NCBI GenBank assembly: GCA_018920345.1
Contig: JAHLMN010000006.1
Span: 8,817 to 72,816 of the forward strand
Source: Candidatus Aenigmatarchaeota archaeon
Lineage (GTDB): Archaea; Aenigmatarchaeota; Aenigmatarchaeia; CG10238-14
Direction: 5' to 3'
DNA: 64,000 nucleotides
In this document: piece after piece, positions 1 through 9,557 of the stretch
Layout of the letters: each line of letters begins with the position of its first letter
Position numbering within the stretch: position 1 is the first letter of the stretch
Program-made: the position numbers and the translations under genes
The notes under the pieces: generated by a model
Seen by the model: the letters and a program-made list of their open reading frames with translations, nothing else
The model's database searches: none
Told to the model about the DNA's origin: nothing

Positions 1-1386
1 ATCTATTTCTGTCTCTAAAACTTTCATTTTTCTAAATCTTTTATCTACTTGTATAATTCTGTCAGCAGGCTCTTCACTTAATCTTCCATACTCATCATGT
101 TCATCTGTAGCAGCTTTAAATATAGTATTTTCTTGAGATGGTAAAGCCCTCAAAGAAATACCAGAAATAGTATTTTCATATCTTTTATAATCTTGTATAT
201 TTTTTGCTTTATCTTCACTTAACAATTGTCCTCTATCTATCTTCATTCCATCTATAAAGAATGGATCTGTTGTTGCATGTGACTCAGCTAAGAATTTATC
301 TGTAATTATTATAACAGGCAACTGATATTTTTCTGCAATATTAAATGCATTAAAAGTTTCATAAAAACATTCATTAACATCCCCTGGTGCAACAATAACT
401 CTTGGGAACTCGCCATTTGATGCATGCATAGCAAACCTCAAATCTCCTTGCTCTGTGTGTGTTGGTAATCCAGTAGAAGGGCCTGGTCTTTGTGCTAATA
501 CAACTACTAATGGTGTTTCTGTAATTGCAGCTAAACCTAAAGCTTCTGTCATTAGTGAAAATCCTCCACCAGATGTTCCTGTCATTGCTCTTACTCCTGC
601 AAAACTAGCACCAATTGCCATATGTATAGCAGCAATCTCATCTTCTGTTTGCTTTACAATTATATTATAATCATTTTCTTTAGATGCTAAATAATGCAAA
701 ATAGACGACGCAGGAGTCATAGGATAAGCTGCATAAAATTTGCAACCAGCTTTTATAGCACCAATCGCGATAGCTTCGTTTCCATTTATATACATCCTTT
801 TTTGTTTTCCATTGCTTTTTATTTTAATTTTGTTTATATTTTGAAATTTTTCTAACACATATTCATAACCAGCCTTTGCAACGTTTATGTTTGTTTGGGC
901 TATATCTTCACCCTTTTTTCCTTTGAATGTATCTCTTATAGCATCATACAAAATTTCTGGATCAACATCAATTAAAGCAAAACTAGCACCTAAAGCAACA
1001 TTATTTCTCATTATGTTTTGGCCGCCTTTTTCTATTGCTATTTTGGTTAATGGTACAGGAATTAAATTAATTCCTTTTAATTCTTTAACATTAACAAAAC
1101 CTTCATCATAAATTATAAAACCATCTTTTCTAACCTCTTTTTTATGCTTTTCTATAGCAATATCTGTTAATGCAACAAGGATATCTATTTTTTTTGAATG
1201 GGAAAAAACAGGATCTTCACTTATCCTAACAGTATAAGTGTTGTGGCCACCTCTTATTAAAGATGGATATTCATTTGTATCAAATACAAAAAATCCTGCT
1301 CTAACAAAAGATTTACCTAGAATAAAACCTGTAGTCATTATTCCATAACCAGCTTCTCCACCTATCTTCCAAGAAAATTCAGACAT
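1..1386 (-). CDS. korA: 2-oxoacid:ferredoxin oxidoreductase alpha subunit (gamma-alpha fused, two-subunit type), 3'-truncated at window start
   Basis: Reverse-strand frame is open from the ATG at 1386 to position 1 (462 codons). N-terminus MSEFSWKIGGEAGYGIMTTGFILGK matches the gamma-domain start of Sulfolobus-type OFOR alpha. The TPP/alpha-domain segment follows (NGNEAIAIGAIKAGCKFYAAYPMTPASSIL). Not in the ORF track because it runs off the window. The forward ORFs 455..670 and 887..1111 are antisense artefacts. Confidence 0.8.
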   Translation of the reverse strand, partial: MSEFSWKIGGEAGYGIMTTGFILGKSFVRAGFFVFDTNEYPSLIRGGHNTYTVRISEDPVFSHSKKIDILVALTDIAIEKHKKEVRKDGFIIYDEGFVNVKELKGINLIPVPLTKIAIEKGGQNIMRNNVALGASFALIDVDPEILYDAIRDTFKGKKGEDIAQTNINVAKAGYEYVLEKFQNINKIKIKSNGKQKRMYINGNEAIAIGAIKAGCKFYAAYPMTPASSILHYLASKENDYNIIVKQTEDEIAAIHMAIGASFAGVRAMTGTSGGGFSLMTEALGLAAITETPLVVVLAQRPGPSTGLPTHTEQGDLRFAMHASNGEFPRVIVAPGDVNECFYETFNAFNIAEKYQLPVIIITDKFLAESHATTDPFFIDGMKIDRGQLLSEDKAKNIQDYKRYENTISGISLRALPSQENTIFKAATDEHDEYGRLSEEPADRIIQVDKRFRKMKVLETEID

Positions 1387-1428
1387 ATTTCACTTAAACA
1401 TAATATATTTTCTTTAAAAAATAATTTT

Positions 1429-1947
1429 CTATTTTGTAGAATTTCTATAAACTTCTCTCCCTAAAATCCAATCTGCAGGTATAGGCAAAATTCCATAAGG
1501 TGTTTGTACTTGAGCATAAATTTGATTATCCCCAGGAAATTTTGTGTAACCTAGTACAATTCCAAAAGAACCCGGAGAAAAACCATAACCATCTAATCCA
1601 GATAAATCTATTTTTGAATTAATTTCAGGATAATTTTCATCTTTTCCATTAGATCTTAAAGAATTATAAATTCTAATTATTCCAGAAGTGTTGAGAAAGT
1701 CTGCAGGTCTAGAGCCATCAAAACCTTCTATTTTTATTTTTTTTGTTTTTATTTGACCATCATCTTTATATTTAAAATTTATTTCAATAGTTCTACCTTT
1801 TTGTTCATAAGATAATTCGCAGGTACCGTTGCCAAATTTTTCAAAAAAACCTATTAAATAATCTAAAATTTCAACTAAATCTCTTGTGTTTTGAATTGTT
1901 TCAACTTTAATTGTTCCATCGTCTCTTAACCCTTTTATTTTACCCAT
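1429..1947 (-). CDS. hypothetical protein
   Basis: 172-aa ORF in the track. No recognisable motif. Confidence 0.35.
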   Translation of the reverse strand: MGKIKGLRDDGTIKVETIQNTRDLVEILDYLIGFFEKFGNGTCELSYEQKGRTIEINFKYKDDGQIKTKKIKIEGFDGSRPADFLNTSGIIRIYNSLRSNGKDENYPEINSKIDLSGLDGYGFSPGSFGIVLGYTKFPGDNQIYAQVQTPYGILPIPADWILGREVYRNSTK

Positions 1948-2115
1948 AAAACCACCAGAAATTCAAACACCTGACATGGTCCCCTGCAATTACAGGATCA
2001 ACCCAATTAACCCCAAATAAATTTGCTTAATAAAAAACTTTTTAAAATTCTTCTTAAAAACCAAATATTTCATTTTAATCTTAGAAAATTATTTAAAAGA
2101 TAAAAAATAAAAATT

Positions 2116-2553
2116 TTACTCTAAATTTTTGACAATATCACCAACTTTAATGTTATTTTTTTTGCTAAAATTTGCATTAACTTCCAAAACATATTTCGAT
2201 GGGTATAAAGATGGATATATTGGACAAGGATCTTCATAACAAGGTTGAACATTCTCTTTTATTTCATTTATAGTTCCATTAGATGAAATAAAAATCATAT
2301 CCAAAGGCAAAAATGTATTTTTCATCCAAAATGTAACATTCATTTCTTTGTCAAAAACAAAAACCATACCATTATTTTCAGCTAAACTTTTTCTAAACAT
2401 TAAACCTCTAGATCTTTTTTCATTATCATCTGCTACTTCAGCATTCACTTTAACAATTCTATGATCTGATGTATAAATTTCTATAACTTTTTCGACACAT
2501 CCACTAAGAAAAATCAAAACCAGTAAAACAAAAATTTCACTTTGCATATTCAA
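2116..2553 (-). CDS. DUF192-family secreted/membrane-anchored protein
   Basis: N-terminal hydrophobic segment. Motif GLMFRKSL...GMVFVFDKEMNVTFWMKNTFLPLDMIF is typical of DUF192 (COG1430). Confidence 0.55.
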   Translation of the reverse strand: MNMQSEIFVLLVLIFLSGCVEKVIEIYTSDHRIVKVNAEVADDNEKRSRGLMFRKSLAENNGMVFVFDKEMNVTFWMKNTFLPLDMIFISSNGTINEIKENVQPCYEDPCPIYPSLYPSKYVLEVNANFSKKNNIKVGDIVKNLE

Positions 2554-3196
2554 TCATTTCTTTTAACACTTTTTCTGGTTGTTTTGATTTAACAATAGCA
2601 GAGCTTACTAAAACACCTACCGCTCCTAATTCTATTGCTTTTTTAACATCTTCACCTTTACTTATACCTGCACCGCAAATAACTTTTATATTTTTGTCAA
2701 TTTTTTTCACGGCTTCAACAGAATCAGAAATAACTTTAGGTTTTACTTGAGAGACAGCTATTCCAGTTTCTATTAACTCAGGTGGCTCGATTGCTATATA
2801 ATCAGGTTTTAGCTTAGTACACAAAGAAACCATTTTTTTATCAACTGCACAAACAATAGACAATATTCCTGCTCTTCTGCAAGCTTCTATACATTTTTTT
2901 ATTTCTTCAAAACTTAATTGATGCTCTGAATGATTTATTAAACTCCCTATTGCACCAGCTTCTTTTACAGATTCAGCCAAAACCCAACCTGTATTCCTAC
3001 CAAAATCAATAGGATCTATATGTTGAGCAATTAATGGAACTTTATATTTTGATAAAAGTCTTAAATCAGCTGTTTGTGGGCAAAAGGCAAAATTTCCTTT
3101 AACTTTAGAAAATTTTTTAGCCAATTTTTCAGCGTTTTTTCCAGTGCTTTCTTTATATGTTTTAAAATTTACTATTACAAAAGGTTCTTTAAGCAT
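2537..3196 (-). CDS. tpiA: triosephosphate isomerase, archaeal short type
   Basis: 219 aa. VIVNFKTYKE, NHSEHQL and IAIEPPELIETG motifs. Length typical of archaeal TIM. Confidence 0.85.
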   Translation of the reverse strand: MLKEPFVIVNFKTYKESTGKNAEKLAKKFSKVKGNFAFCPQTADLRLLSKYKVPLIAQHIDPIDFGRNTGWVLAESVKEAGAIGSLINHSEHQLSFEEIKKCIEACRRAGILSIVCAVDKKMVSLCTKLKPDYIAIEPPELIETGIAVSQVKPKVISDSVEAVKKIDKNIKVICGAGISKGEDVKKAIELGAVGVLVSSAIVKSKQPEKVLKEMIEYAK

Positions 3197-3258
3197 AAAT
3201 AAAATTTGTTTTTTACAATAAAAAATTGATTTAAATATATTATTGTATAATTTTTTTT

Positions 3259-3999
3259 ATGGCTAAAAAACTTAGCAAAAAAGAAAAAAAGAGATTAAAA
3301 TATTTAGAGTCAATAAAAAAAGAGGAAAAAAAGGAAGAAAAACCTCAAACAAAGCCTATTTTTAAAATACCAAAGACCTTAATAATAGTAATTTCATTAA
3401 TAGTTTTGGTTGTGGTTTACTCCTATTATTCTAATCTAAACAGGCCACATTATGTACCAATAAAAACAGATACACCAATAGTTGGCAATCCTAATGCATC
3501 AATAACAATAAAATCTTTTAGCGAGTTTCAATGTCCTTATTGTGCTGATTTTTATACAAAAACATATCCAGAAATAAAATCAAAGTATATTGATACCGGT
3601 AAAGTAAAATTTATGTTTTATGAATTTCCTATTGAACAAATACATCCTTTCGCTTTGAAAGCTTCTGAAGCAGCAAGATGTGCTTATGAACAAGATAAAT
3701 ATGAAGAATATGCTCTTTTACTTTATTCAAGACAAAGTCAATGGGTAAAAGCGGGTCCTGGAAAATTCAAAGATTATGCAAGAGAATTAGGATTGAATGA
3801 AGAACAATTTAGTAAATGCTTAGATAGTGGAGTAATGAAAGAAATAGTAAAAAAAGAGCAGGAGGAAGGCAAGAGTTTACAAGTAACAGGAACACCAACT
3901 TTCTTTATTAATGACAGAAGAATTGTTGGCGCAAGACCATATGAAGATTTTGAAAAAGTAATACAAAGCTTACTTTCGGTAACTAATACAACTAGTTAA
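3259..3999 (+). CDS. membrane-anchored DsbA-like thiol:disulfide oxidoreductase (CPYC)
   Basis: N-terminal K-rich tail plus TM helix. Thioredoxin fold with FQCPYCADFY active site and cis-Pro motif GTPTFFIN. Confidence 0.7.
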   Translation: MAKKLSKKEKKRLKYLESIKKEEKKEEKPQTKPIFKIPKTLIIVISLIVLVVVYSYYSNLNRPHYVPIKTDTPIVGNPNASITIKSFSEFQCPYCADFYTKTYPEIKSKYIDTGKVKFMFYEFPIEQIHPFALKASEAARCAYEQDKYEEYALLLYSRQSQWVKAGPGKFKDYARELGLNEEQFSKCLDSGVMKEIVKKEQEEGKSLQVTGTPTFFINDRRIVGARPYEDFEKVIQSLLSVTNTTS

Positions 4000-4990
4000 C
4001 GACATTTATTGGTGTTTTTTTTGAAAAATATTCTATATTTTCTATTGTAGTATCTAGTATTCTTAATAAAGCCTCTCTACTATAAAAAGCAATATGTGGA
4101 GTAAATATTACATTATCTCTGCTTAAAAGAATATGATCTTTTACTAAATTTCCCAAATTTTTTAATTTATCTTTGTCATAAATAAGTTGCTTTTCTTCTT
4201 TTATCAATTCTTCACCTTCTATTACATCCAAACCAGCACCAGATAGTATTCCCTTATCTAAAGCTTCTATTAAAGCTTCAGTATCAACACAACCCCCTCT
4301 TGCAGTATTTATCAATATGGCACCTTTTTTAATCAATTTTATATTATCTTTATTTATCAAATGATGTGTATCTTTGTTGTAAGGCACATGTATTGTTATT
4401 ATATCAGATCTTTTTAACAACTCTTCAAGATTAACATATTCAAACCCCATAACTTCTGCAAGAAACTTGTCTGGATGAAGTGTATTGACCAAAACATTCA
4501 TTCCAAATCCTTTTGCTATTCTTATTACATGCAAACCTATATGACCTGCACCTATAACTCCTATAGTTTTTCCTTTTAAATCAAAACCCTCAAGACCATC
4601 TATTGTAAAATCGTTTCTCAATGTTTTTAAATAAGATTTATGTATCTTTCTACTCAAAGATAATATTAATGCAAAAGTATGCTCAGCAACAGTATTTTCT
4701 CCATAAGTTGGTACATTGCAAACTGTTATACCTCTTCTTTTGCACTCAATCAAGTCAATATGATCATATCCGGTAGATCTAGTTGTTACTAACTTTAATT
4801 TTTTCATTTTATCTAAAACAGCTTTATTTACGTTAGAATATATGAAAATAGAAATTGCATCAGCATCTCTAGCTAGTTTTGCTGTTTCTTCATTAAGAAT
4901 TTCTTTACAAAAAATAATTTTATGACCTTTCAATTTTTTCTTTATATAATTTTCTTCCCACTTTTGTGTTTGATAAAAAACTATTTTCAT
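3992..4990 (-). CDS. D-isomer-specific 2-hydroxyacid dehydrogenase (D-lactate/glycerate/phosphoglycerate DH family)
   Basis: 332 aa. NAD-binding GVIGAGHIGLHVIRIAKGFG and the catalytic-domain layout of the D-2-hydroxyacid DH family. Confidence 0.8.
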   Translation of the reverse strand: MKIVFYQTQKWEENYIKKKLKGHKIIFCKEILNEETAKLARDADAISIFIYSNVNKAVLDKMKKLKLVTTRSTGYDHIDLIECKRRGITVCNVPTYGENTVAEHTFALILSLSRKIHKSYLKTLRNDFTIDGLEGFDLKGKTIGVIGAGHIGLHVIRIAKGFGMNVLVNTLHPDKFLAEVMGFEYVNLEELLKRSDIITIHVPYNKDTHHLINKDNIKLIKKGAILINTARGGCVDTEALIEALDKGILSGAGLDVIEGEELIKEEKQLIYDKDKLKNLGNLVKDHILLSRDNVIFTPHIAFYSREALLRILDTTIENIEYFSKKTPINVVN

Positions 4991-5028
4991 AATTTTATAT
5001 AATACTTTTTTTATTTAAAAAAAATAAT

Positions 5029-5160
5029 TTAATTTATAGCTTTTTTATATAAATCCAGGTTACAACATTTTTTTTCTTTACAACATTTTTCACATTTTTT
5101 TGAATCTATTCTATTATTATATTTTATTCCACATATTTTACATACATAAATTTTCTTCAT
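5029..5160 (-). CDS. small Cys-rich zinc-ribbon protein (43 aa)
   Basis: Unlisted short ORF MKKIYVCKICGIKYNNRIDSKKCEKCCKEKKCCNLDLYKKAIN with CxxC...CxxCC...CC. Confidence 0.3.
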   Translation of the reverse strand: MKKIYVCKICGIKYNNRIDSKKCEKCCKEKKCCNLDLYKKAIN

Positions 5161-5195
5161 ATAATTAAATTTTTATAAAATCAAAATTTTAAAAT

Positions 5196-5822
5196 ATGAC
5201 AATACAATTTTTCGATAAAAAGACAAACAAATTCTATAAACTAGTTGAAACGTCAACATGGCCTACTGTAATAATATCAGGGATAAGAATGCATAGAACT
5301 GATCAAATAGATCCAAAATTAGATACTATTTTAAAGATAAAAAGTCTTGGAAAAATTTATGGTAAAATTCTTGATACATGTACTGGTTTAGGTTATACAG
5401 CAATTTTATCTGCTAAACAAAAAAATGTGAAACAAGTTTTAACAATTGAAAAAGACAAAAATATGATTTTTTTAGCAAAACAAAATCCTTTTTCTAAAGA
5501 TCTATTTGATAATGAAAAAATAATGTTGGTTTTACAAGATACCACTATAGCAATAAAAAATATAAAAGAAAATTTTTTCAATTTTATAATTCATGATCCA
5601 CCAAGATTTTCTTTAGCGCCAGAGCTGTATACACAAGATTTCTATAATGAATTATATAGAGTTTTAAAACCAAGAGGAAGATTATATCATTATACAGGTA
5701 AACCAGGAATTAAACAAGGGAAAAACATTTCAAAAAATATTTCCAAGAGATTAAGACTAGCAGGTTTTAAATTTGTTAAAAAAGTAGAAAAGGCAGATGG
5801 GTTAGTTGCTTTCAAATTTTAA
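5196..5822 (+). CDS. SAM-dependent methyltransferase (archaeal COG2521-like, DPPR/F motif)
   Basis: SAM-binding motif I LDTCTGLGYTA and motif IV IIHDPPRF, the (D/N)PP(Y/F) signature of amino-methyltransferases. Confidence 0.6.
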   Translation: MTIQFFDKKTNKFYKLVETSTWPTVIISGIRMHRTDQIDPKLDTILKIKSLGKIYGKILDTCTGLGYTAILSAKQKNVKQVLTIEKDKNMIFLAKQNPFSKDLFDNEKIMLVLQDTTIAIKNIKENFFNFIIHDPPRFSLAPELYTQDFYNELYRVLKPRGRLYHYTGKPGIKQGKNISKNISKRLRLAGFKFVKKVEKADGLVAFKF

Positions 5823-5885
5823 CAACAACCACAACCACATCCGCAACTTGTCTTAGTTTTTTTGCCTCCCAATATATTCACCTCT

Positions 5886-5990
5886 TTATGGATCTGAGCA
5901 ATCTCTTTTGAATCCACAATTAAAGCACACTAGCTTACAGTGTACAGATTGTAGCTCAAAACCACAAATATCACAAATATAACTATTCAT
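5886..5990 (-). CDS. small C4 zinc-ribbon protein (34 aa)
   Basis: Unlisted ORF MNSYICDICGFELQSVHCKLVCFNCGFKRDCSDP with two CxxC pairs. Confidence 0.3.
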   Translation of the reverse strand: MNSYICDICGFELQSVHCKLVCFNCGFKRDCSDP

Positions 5991-5995
5991 ATTAT

Positions 5996-6607
5996 TTAAA
6001 CCTTGCTAAATCTCTCTTCTACATTTTTCCAGTCTATATTTTTGAAAAAGGCCTCTATATAAGCAGCTCTATTTGTTTGAAAATCAAGCCAGTATGCATG
6101 CTCGTACATGTCTAAGGCTAAGATTGGTGTACTATTCCAAATAGGAAATGTGTTTTGGCTATCTCCTATTATGTTAAATAATCTTTTCATGTCTTTATCC
6201 CAAACAAGCCATGCCCAGCCTCTTGCACTAGCAGCAGTTCCTTTAAATTCAGCTTCCCATCTTTCAAAACTTCCAAAGTCCTTTTCTATTTGATTTAATA
6301 ATTTTCCTTTGGGTTTTCCTCCGTTTCCACCTAAATTATCAAAATATATTTCGTGATTTTTTATCCCACCTATAGCAAAAGTTAACTCAACCTTTAAGAC
6401 TCTTATCTGGGAAAAAGTAGCATTCCCACTTTTTACATCATCTATTCCTAAATTTTCTATTTTTTCCATTATTTCGTTGTATTTGTTAACATAGCCTTGA
6501 TATAATTTCATATGCTCTATTAAAGATTTTTCTGAAAAACCTTCCATTTTCAAAAGCTGAGGTTTTTTAGATAAAAAATCTATTGCAACTTTTTTTTCAA
6601 AACTCAT
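5996..6607 (-). CDS. sod: Fe/Mn superoxide dismutase
   Basis: C-terminal DMYEHAYWLDFQTNRAAYIEAFFKNIDW matches the Fe/Mn-SOD signature (D-x-W-E-H-AYY). Confidence 0.85.
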   Translation of the reverse strand: MSFEKKVAIDFLSKKPQLLKMEGFSEKSLIEHMKLYQGYVNKYNEIMEKIENLGIDDVKSGNATFSQIRVLKVELTFAIGGIKNHEIYFDNLGGNGGKPKGKLLNQIEKDFGSFERWEAEFKGTAASARGWAWLVWDKDMKRLFNIIGDSQNTFPIWNSTPILALDMYEHAYWLDFQTNRAAYIEAFFKNIDWKNVEERFSKV

Positions 6608-6621
6608 AAAACATCACCTCT

Positions 6622-6945
6622 TTAATCAAACAAATTAGGGTTTTCTTTCAATAACCTTGCTGTTCTACTTAGTATGCTAAATCTAACATCTTCTTCTGAA
6701 ACCCCTTGAATAATCATATTGTATATTTCTTCAGCATACATCTTCACTTTTTTGTCATTAACAACAAACTTTAGTTTGCTATCATATTTGTCAGATAGAT
6801 ATTTACTTACTGCTGGTTGTGTGACTCCTAGAATATTGGCTATCTTCTTTTGTGTATATTTTTTACTAGCCAACATCTTAGCTATATTTGCCCTAATTGC
6901 TGGTAAAGCATATTTAGATGCATTTTCACAAGGTGTAGTAATCAT
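6622..6945 (-). CDS. HTH-type transcriptional regulator
   Basis: KKIANILGVTQPAVSKYLS helix-turn-helix (sigma-70 region-4 / COG2522-like). Confidence 0.5.
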   Translation of the reverse strand: MITTPCENASKYALPAIRANIAKMLASKKYTQKKIANILGVTQPAVSKYLSDKYDSKLKFVVNDKKVKMYAEEIYNMIIQGVSEEDVRFSILSRTARLLKENPNLFD

Positions 6946-7040
6946 ATAACCCTGTTATATTTATTTCAAACAAATATATAAATATTTTACATCTATCCTA
7001 GAAAAGCAAGTTAAATTATTAACAAAAAGAAATATTAATT

Positions 7041-7808
7041 ATGGATATTTCAAAAATCAATAGATATATTTTACTTGTTTTTATCTTTATTTTGATAATT
7101 TCAATATTTTTTCTATCTAGAATATTTGTAAGAAGGCAAGTAAAAACATTTTCTGATGCAAAAAATTATGAATTGGAATTATCAGAATGTCAAAATATTT
7201 GCAATAAAATAAAGAATAATTGTAATATAGAAGATGCTGTTAATTATTGCACTAAAAAAGTATTTTTAGACATAGATTATAATGGAATAGTAGGAGAAGC
7301 TGGAAAAATAGGTATTTTAAATAACTATCCTTTCTGCGAAGATGGTATTTACTGTTTTCACTTAAATGATTGTAAATGTAATAAAACTAATCTAGATCCA
7401 GCAAATTGTTTAAAAATATTGTGTCAATATTACAATGATTCAGAAAATCCAATGGAAAAAATAAGGCAAACAATAACTTGGGGTAAATGTAAAAATAAAG
7501 ACAAAATTCAACCAGATTGGTGGTATGAATATTTTGGTTTTTATTCTGAAACATGCGAAAATATACAAAAAACAAAAGGTATAATAACAAATTGTTTTTA
7601 CTACGATAAAAAATTGACTTGTGAAACAACTTGTAGAAAAATAGATAATATAAGTTTTTTGAGTAGAGACATAAACCCAAATATTAACATAGAAGAGACA
7701 TATTACGGGAATACAATAAAAATAGATCTAGACTTTTGTTTGAAAAAAGAAAAAATAAAAATAGTATGTAAAGATCCGGAAATAGAAAAAATTCAATACA
7801 TATGCTGA
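7041..7808 (+). CDS. Cys-rich secreted/membrane-anchored protein (about 22 Cys)
   Basis: N-terminal TM helix, then a cysteine-dense extracytoplasmic domain. No recognised family. Confidence 0.45.
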   Translation: MDISKINRYILLVFIFILIISIFFLSRIFVRRQVKTFSDAKNYELELSECQNICNKIKNNCNIEDAVNYCTKKVFLDIDYNGIVGEAGKIGILNNYPFCEDGIYCFHLNDCKCNKTNLDPANCLKILCQYYNDSENPMEKIRQTITWGKCKNKDKIQPDWWYEYFGFYSETCENIQKTKGIITNCFYYDKKLTCETTCRKIDNISFLSRDINPNINIEETYYGNTIKIDLDFCLKKEKIKIVCKDPEIEKIQYIC

Positions 7809-8575
7809 CATTTTATTATTCTATCTGTTTTAACGAATCTTTCTTTTTCAAGTAAAACCAAACCAATTCCAACAATTTTATCTTCTACAAATATAGCAAC
7901 TTTATCATTTTTTTGTATGCTTCCATGAATTTTTTCTATCCAATCTTTTTTTATGAAATAACCATTCAATACTTTAGACAAAAAGTTTTTGTTTAAAAAT
8001 ATTTTTTTAGAATTATCAAGCAATCTAATTAATTCTATTAAACAATCTTCACTTAAATTATAAATATCACATGCATTTTTTATATCAAATTCCCCTATTT
8101 TTAATCTTCTTAAATCTTTTAGGTGAGCACCTCCAATATTTTTTCCCAAATCATCAACAAGCTTTCTTATATAAGTGCCAGCTTCAACTTTTGTTATAAA
8201 TTTTACATCTCTTCCATTTTTTTCAAGAATATCAAAAAAATAAACATATCTTTCTCTATAAACCCTTTTAACTCTGGATTTAACAGGTGGTTTTTGAACT
8301 ATTTTTCCTATAAATTTTTTTACCTCATTCTTCAATACTTGCTCATCAACATCTTTATGTAAATGCATTATTCCCTCATAAGTTTTATCCATTCTTTCAA
8401 ACAAAGGCATAGCCTTTGTAGCTTCATCCAAAGCTACTAGCATTAAACCCGTAGCATTTAAATCAAGAGTGCCAGAATGACCTGCCTTTTTGGCTTTAAA
8501 TTTTTGCTTAACTATTTCACAAACTTGTCTAGATGTAATTCCTCTAGGTTTATCTATCAATAAAACAAAACACAT
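7793..8575 (-). CDS. cbf5: tRNA/rRNA pseudouridine synthase Cbf5/TruB (H/ACA RNP catalytic subunit)
   Basis: TruB catalytic motif KAGHSGTLDLNATGLMLVAL and a C-terminal PUA-like region. The 260 aa length is compact. Confidence 0.8.
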   Translation of the reverse strand: MCFVLLIDKPRGITSRQVCEIVKQKFKAKKAGHSGTLDLNATGLMLVALDEATKAMPLFERMDKTYEGIMHLHKDVDEQVLKNEVKKFIGKIVQKPPVKSRVKRVYRERYVYFFDILEKNGRDVKFITKVEAGTYIRKLVDDLGKNIGGAHLKDLRRLKIGEFDIKNACDIYNLSEDCLIELIRLLDNSKKIFLNKNFLSKVLNGYFIKKDWIEKIHGSIQKNDKVAIFVEDKIVGIGLVLLEKERFVKTDRIIKCQHMY

Positions 8576-8604
8576 AATAAAATTAAAACAAAAGCAAAAT
8601 TAAT

Positions 8605-9000
8605 CTATTTACTTTTTTTCTCTTTACTCTTAGTCGTCTTTTCTGTCTTACTCTTAGTCGTCTTTTCTTCTTTTTCTTCAGGCTCTTTTTTAGTCTTTTC
8701 TTCTTTTAACTCTTCTGGACTAGGTTTTTTCAAGTTAAGCTTTGAAATTAAACCCATCTTATCATAGGCTTCTATAACTTCTTTATCACTAGCATCTTCT
8801 TTTATCTTTAATAAATATTGTGTAGGTTCTAGATGCTCTATATTACACTTTCTCTTTTTTACTCCTGTCAAAGCCCTAGGCCCTGTTATCATAACAAAAT
8901 TGCTATCTATTGTTTTTAAAACAACACAATATCTACCAGCCTCTCTACCGGCTGTTTTTATACACAATCTACCAACTTCAAGTGTCGCCACTTTATTCAC
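8605..9000 (-). CDS. rpl14e: ribosomal protein L14e with lysine-rich repeat tail
   Basis: N-terminal KOW/SH3-like region VGRLCIKTAGREAGRYCVVLKTIDSNFVMITGP is typical of L14e. The C-terminus is a KEKT-rich low-complexity tail encoded by a 24-nt tandem repeat (8624..8667). Confidence 0.7.
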   Translation of the reverse strand: MNKVATLEVGRLCIKTAGREAGRYCVVLKTIDSNFVMITGPRALTGVKKRKCNIEHLEPTQYLLKIKEDASDKEVIEAYDKMGLISKLNLKKPSPEELKEEKTKKEPEEKEEKTTKSKTEKTTKSKEKKSK

Positions 9001-9083
9001 CTCTCATTTATATTAAACACAAAAGCTTTTAAATAAACATCAAAAAAAAACAATTTAAACTACAATTTCAAATAAATATAATT

Positions 9084-9557
9084 ATGAAAGGAGTATCACC
9101 TTTAATAGCAACAGTTTTGTTAATTGCCTTTACTTTATCTATAGCAGGTCTTTTGGGAGGATGGTTATCAGGATTGACAAAAACTCAAACAGAAACATTA
9201 GAGAAAAGTTCTCAAGAGACAATGAACTGTACAGGCTCTGTCTTAAATATAATTAATGTAGTATGTGGTAATGCAACACCTAATGAACCAAATGCATTAA
9301 GAATAGTTTTGGCTAATGAAGGTAATAATGCTCTATATGGATTTTCAACATTTGCACAGGTAGGATCTAACCAATATATAAATTCAACAGGAGGGCCGAC
9401 TTCTGAATCTCCTCTAACACCTGGAGATCATGCAACACTTGAATATTATTGCCCAACTATTTGCACAGATGGATCTATAGTATCAAAAGTTAGAGTATCT
9501 CCATCAAATTGTCCAACAGCCTGGTCAGAAAAACTTGTTTCAGTTACTTGCAACTAG
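9084..9557 (+). CDS. archaeal type IV pilin-like protein (class III signal peptide)
   Basis: N-terminus MKGVSPLIATVLLIAFTLSIAGLL matches the archaeal pilin/DUF361 prepilin motif (KG-cleavage site followed by a hydrophobic helix). Confidence 0.55.
   Translation: MKGVSPLIATVLLIAFTLSIAGLLGGWLSGLTKTQTETLEKSSQETMNCTGSVLNIINVVCGNATPNEPNALRIVLANEGNNALYGFSTFAQVGSNQYINSTGGPTSESPLTPGDHATLEYYCPTICTDGSIVSKVRVSPSNCPTAWSEKLVSVTCN

Noticed and set aside
455-1111. Forward-strand ORFs 455..670 and 887..1111
   Set aside because: They lie antisense within the clearly homologous OFOR alpha coding frame on the minus strand. Their composition is low-complexity, and they are spurious.
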